DNA of 64,000 nucleotides from the human T2T-CHM13v2.0 reference genome, Homo sapiens. This document shows positions 61,303-64,000 of the stretch, piece after piece. The stretch lies in assembly GCF_009914755.1 (NCBI RefSeq), contig NC_060942.1. One strand, given 5' to 3'. Positions within the stretch are counted from its first letter, which is position 1. Each line of letters begins with the position of its first letter. A model generated the notes under the pieces. The model ran no database searches. It was not told where the DNA came from and saw only the letters and a list, made by a program, of their open reading frames with translations. A program made the translations under genes and the position numbers.

Positions 61303-62004
61303 CCCCATAAACCAACTAAGCCTTATGGAATTCACAGTCACAAAATCGAAGTTAATCCAGAATTCTGTGATAAGCAGCTTGGCTTTTTTTTTAAATCAAT
61401 GCAAGTTACACATTATAGCCAGAATCTGTATCACAGAGGTGCAAGCTGACAGCAGAGCTCAGTCCCCACTTCCTGCAAACAATGGCCTGCACCCTATCCC
61501 TTGTGTGTGTGACATTCTCTCATGGGACAATGTTGGGGTTTTTCAGACTGACAGGACTGCAAGAGGGAGAAAGGAATTTTGTCAATCAAAATTATTCTGT
61601 ATTGCAACTTTTCTCAGAGATTGCAAAGGATTTTTTAGGTAGAGATTATTTTTCCTTATGAAAAATGATCTGTTTTAAATGAGATAAAATAGGAGAAGTT
61701 CCTGGCTTAACCTGTTCTTACATATTAAAGAAAAGTTACTTACTGTATTTATGAAATACTCAGCTTAGGCATTTTTACTTTAACCCCTAAATTGATTTTG
61801 TAAATGCCACAAATGCATAGAATTGTTACCAACCTCCAAAGGGCTCTTTAAAATCATATTTTTTATTCATTTGAGGATGTCTTATAAAGACTGAAGGCAA
61901 AGGTCAGAATGCTTACGGGTGTTATTTTTATAAGTTGTTGAATTCCTTAATTTAAAAAAGCTCATTATTTTTTGCACACTCACAATATTCTCTCTCAGAA
62001 ATCA

Positions 62005-62790
<786 letters not shown>

Positions 62791-63475
62791 TTAAAAAGGA
62801 AGTCATGTTCATTTACTTTCCACTTCAGTGTGTATCGTGTAGTATTTTGGAGGTTGGAAAGTGAAACGTAGGAATCCTGAAGATTTTTTCCACTTCTAGT
62901 TTGCAGTGCTCAGTGCACAATATACATTTTGCTGAATGAATAAACAGAAATAGGGAAGTAAACCTACAAATATTTTAGGGAGAAGCTCACTTCTTCCTTT
63001 TCTCAGGAAACCAAGCAAGCAAACATATCGTTCCAATTTTAAAACCCAGTGACCAAAGCCTTTGGAACTATGAATTTGCAACTGTCATAGGTTTATGGAT
63101 ATTGCTGTGGAGAAGCTCAATTTTCAGTGTTTGAACTGAACCCTTTCTTGTTAGGGAACGTGTGAAAGAAGAATTGTGGGGAAAAAAAAGCAAGCATAAC
63201 CAAAGATCATCAGCAGTGAAGAATCTAGGCTGTGGCTGAGAGAACCAGAGGCCTCTAAAATGGACCTGAGTCGATCTTCAGAACAGGGATCTACCATGCA
63301 GGAGCTTCTTGTGCTCACACAAATCTGTAAATGGGAACATTGTACATTGTCGAATTTAAATGATATTAATTTTCTCAAGCTATTTTTGTTACTATTTTCC
63401 TAAAATTGAATATTTGCAGGGAGCACTTATACTTTTTCCTAATGTCTGTATAACAAATTTCTATGCAAGTACATG

Positions 63476-63481
63476 AATAAA
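63476..63481 (+). terminator. Distal polyadenylation signal AATAAA
   Basis: AATAAA followed ~16 nt later by CA and a GT/T-rich tract (GTTTTGT). Confidence 0.65.
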
Positions 63482-64000
63482 TTATGCTCACCGCTCAGTT
63501 TTGTATAATGTGCCATTTATAGCCATCATGTATATGAACAATCACAGGCATAAGTAGGTATCGCTTATGTTGCACGTGCTAGGATCCTTATTCCTTTCTT
63601 ACACTTGGTAATAGCACCAGATGTATAGTTGAGTAAACCCTTTTCAATTTCAGATTGGCAGGCCCATCCCCTTGGGTATCCTCTCAACTATCCATTATTC
63701 TTTCAACTCCTGGATGAGAATGAATAACTGAGGACAGTTGTTCAGGACATGCTCCTAACACTTTGAGATCAATATCCCAAGAGCCACTTCTATGCATTCC
63801 CAGACAGGCCCTGGGCACCACCATCAGGGCTGACCCTGGGCCACAGCATGCCTCAGGGGTCAGCTCTCTAGGACCAGCCACTTGTCAGAATGTTATCCCC
63901 TGAGGCTGAAGCCACAGCCATGCTTGTCTCTTCCACAGAAGCACTTCTCTTCCACACCCTTTCACCACAGTTGGCAGATTTGAAAGAAAATATGGTAAGA

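Overview
Human (primate) genomic DNA containing the complete SLC14A1 gene (urea transporter UT-B, Kidd/JK blood group) on the + strand, about 35.1-63.5 kb. There are 11 exons. The eight coding exons (41296-60929) join through canonical GT-AG sites into 1170 nt (389 aa), and exon 3 can add an in-frame 56-aa N-terminal extension (445-aa isoform). The haplotype reads as JK*02/Jk(b) (c.838A, Asn280; c.588G), with none of the common null changes I checked. The upstream 35 kb is intergenic and repeat-rich. It holds a ~15 kb nested retroelement block (old L1PA15/16-like element containing an Alu, a full-length L1PA4-6-like element, a full-length MST MaLR and a second Alu), further Alus/LTR/MER elements and a tRNA-Glu(CTC)-derived copy. 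The most unusual structures are two long inverted repeats that I do not recognise as transposons. One (~240-bp arms, ~92% identical) brackets exactly exons 8-9, which carry the Jk(a)/Jk(b) site. The other (~235-bp arms, ~85%) lies 3-5 kb upstream of the promoter and encloses a tRNA-Glu+Alu unit that appears to share one target-site duplication. Repeat subfamily names come from recalled consensus sequences and identities were counted by hand.
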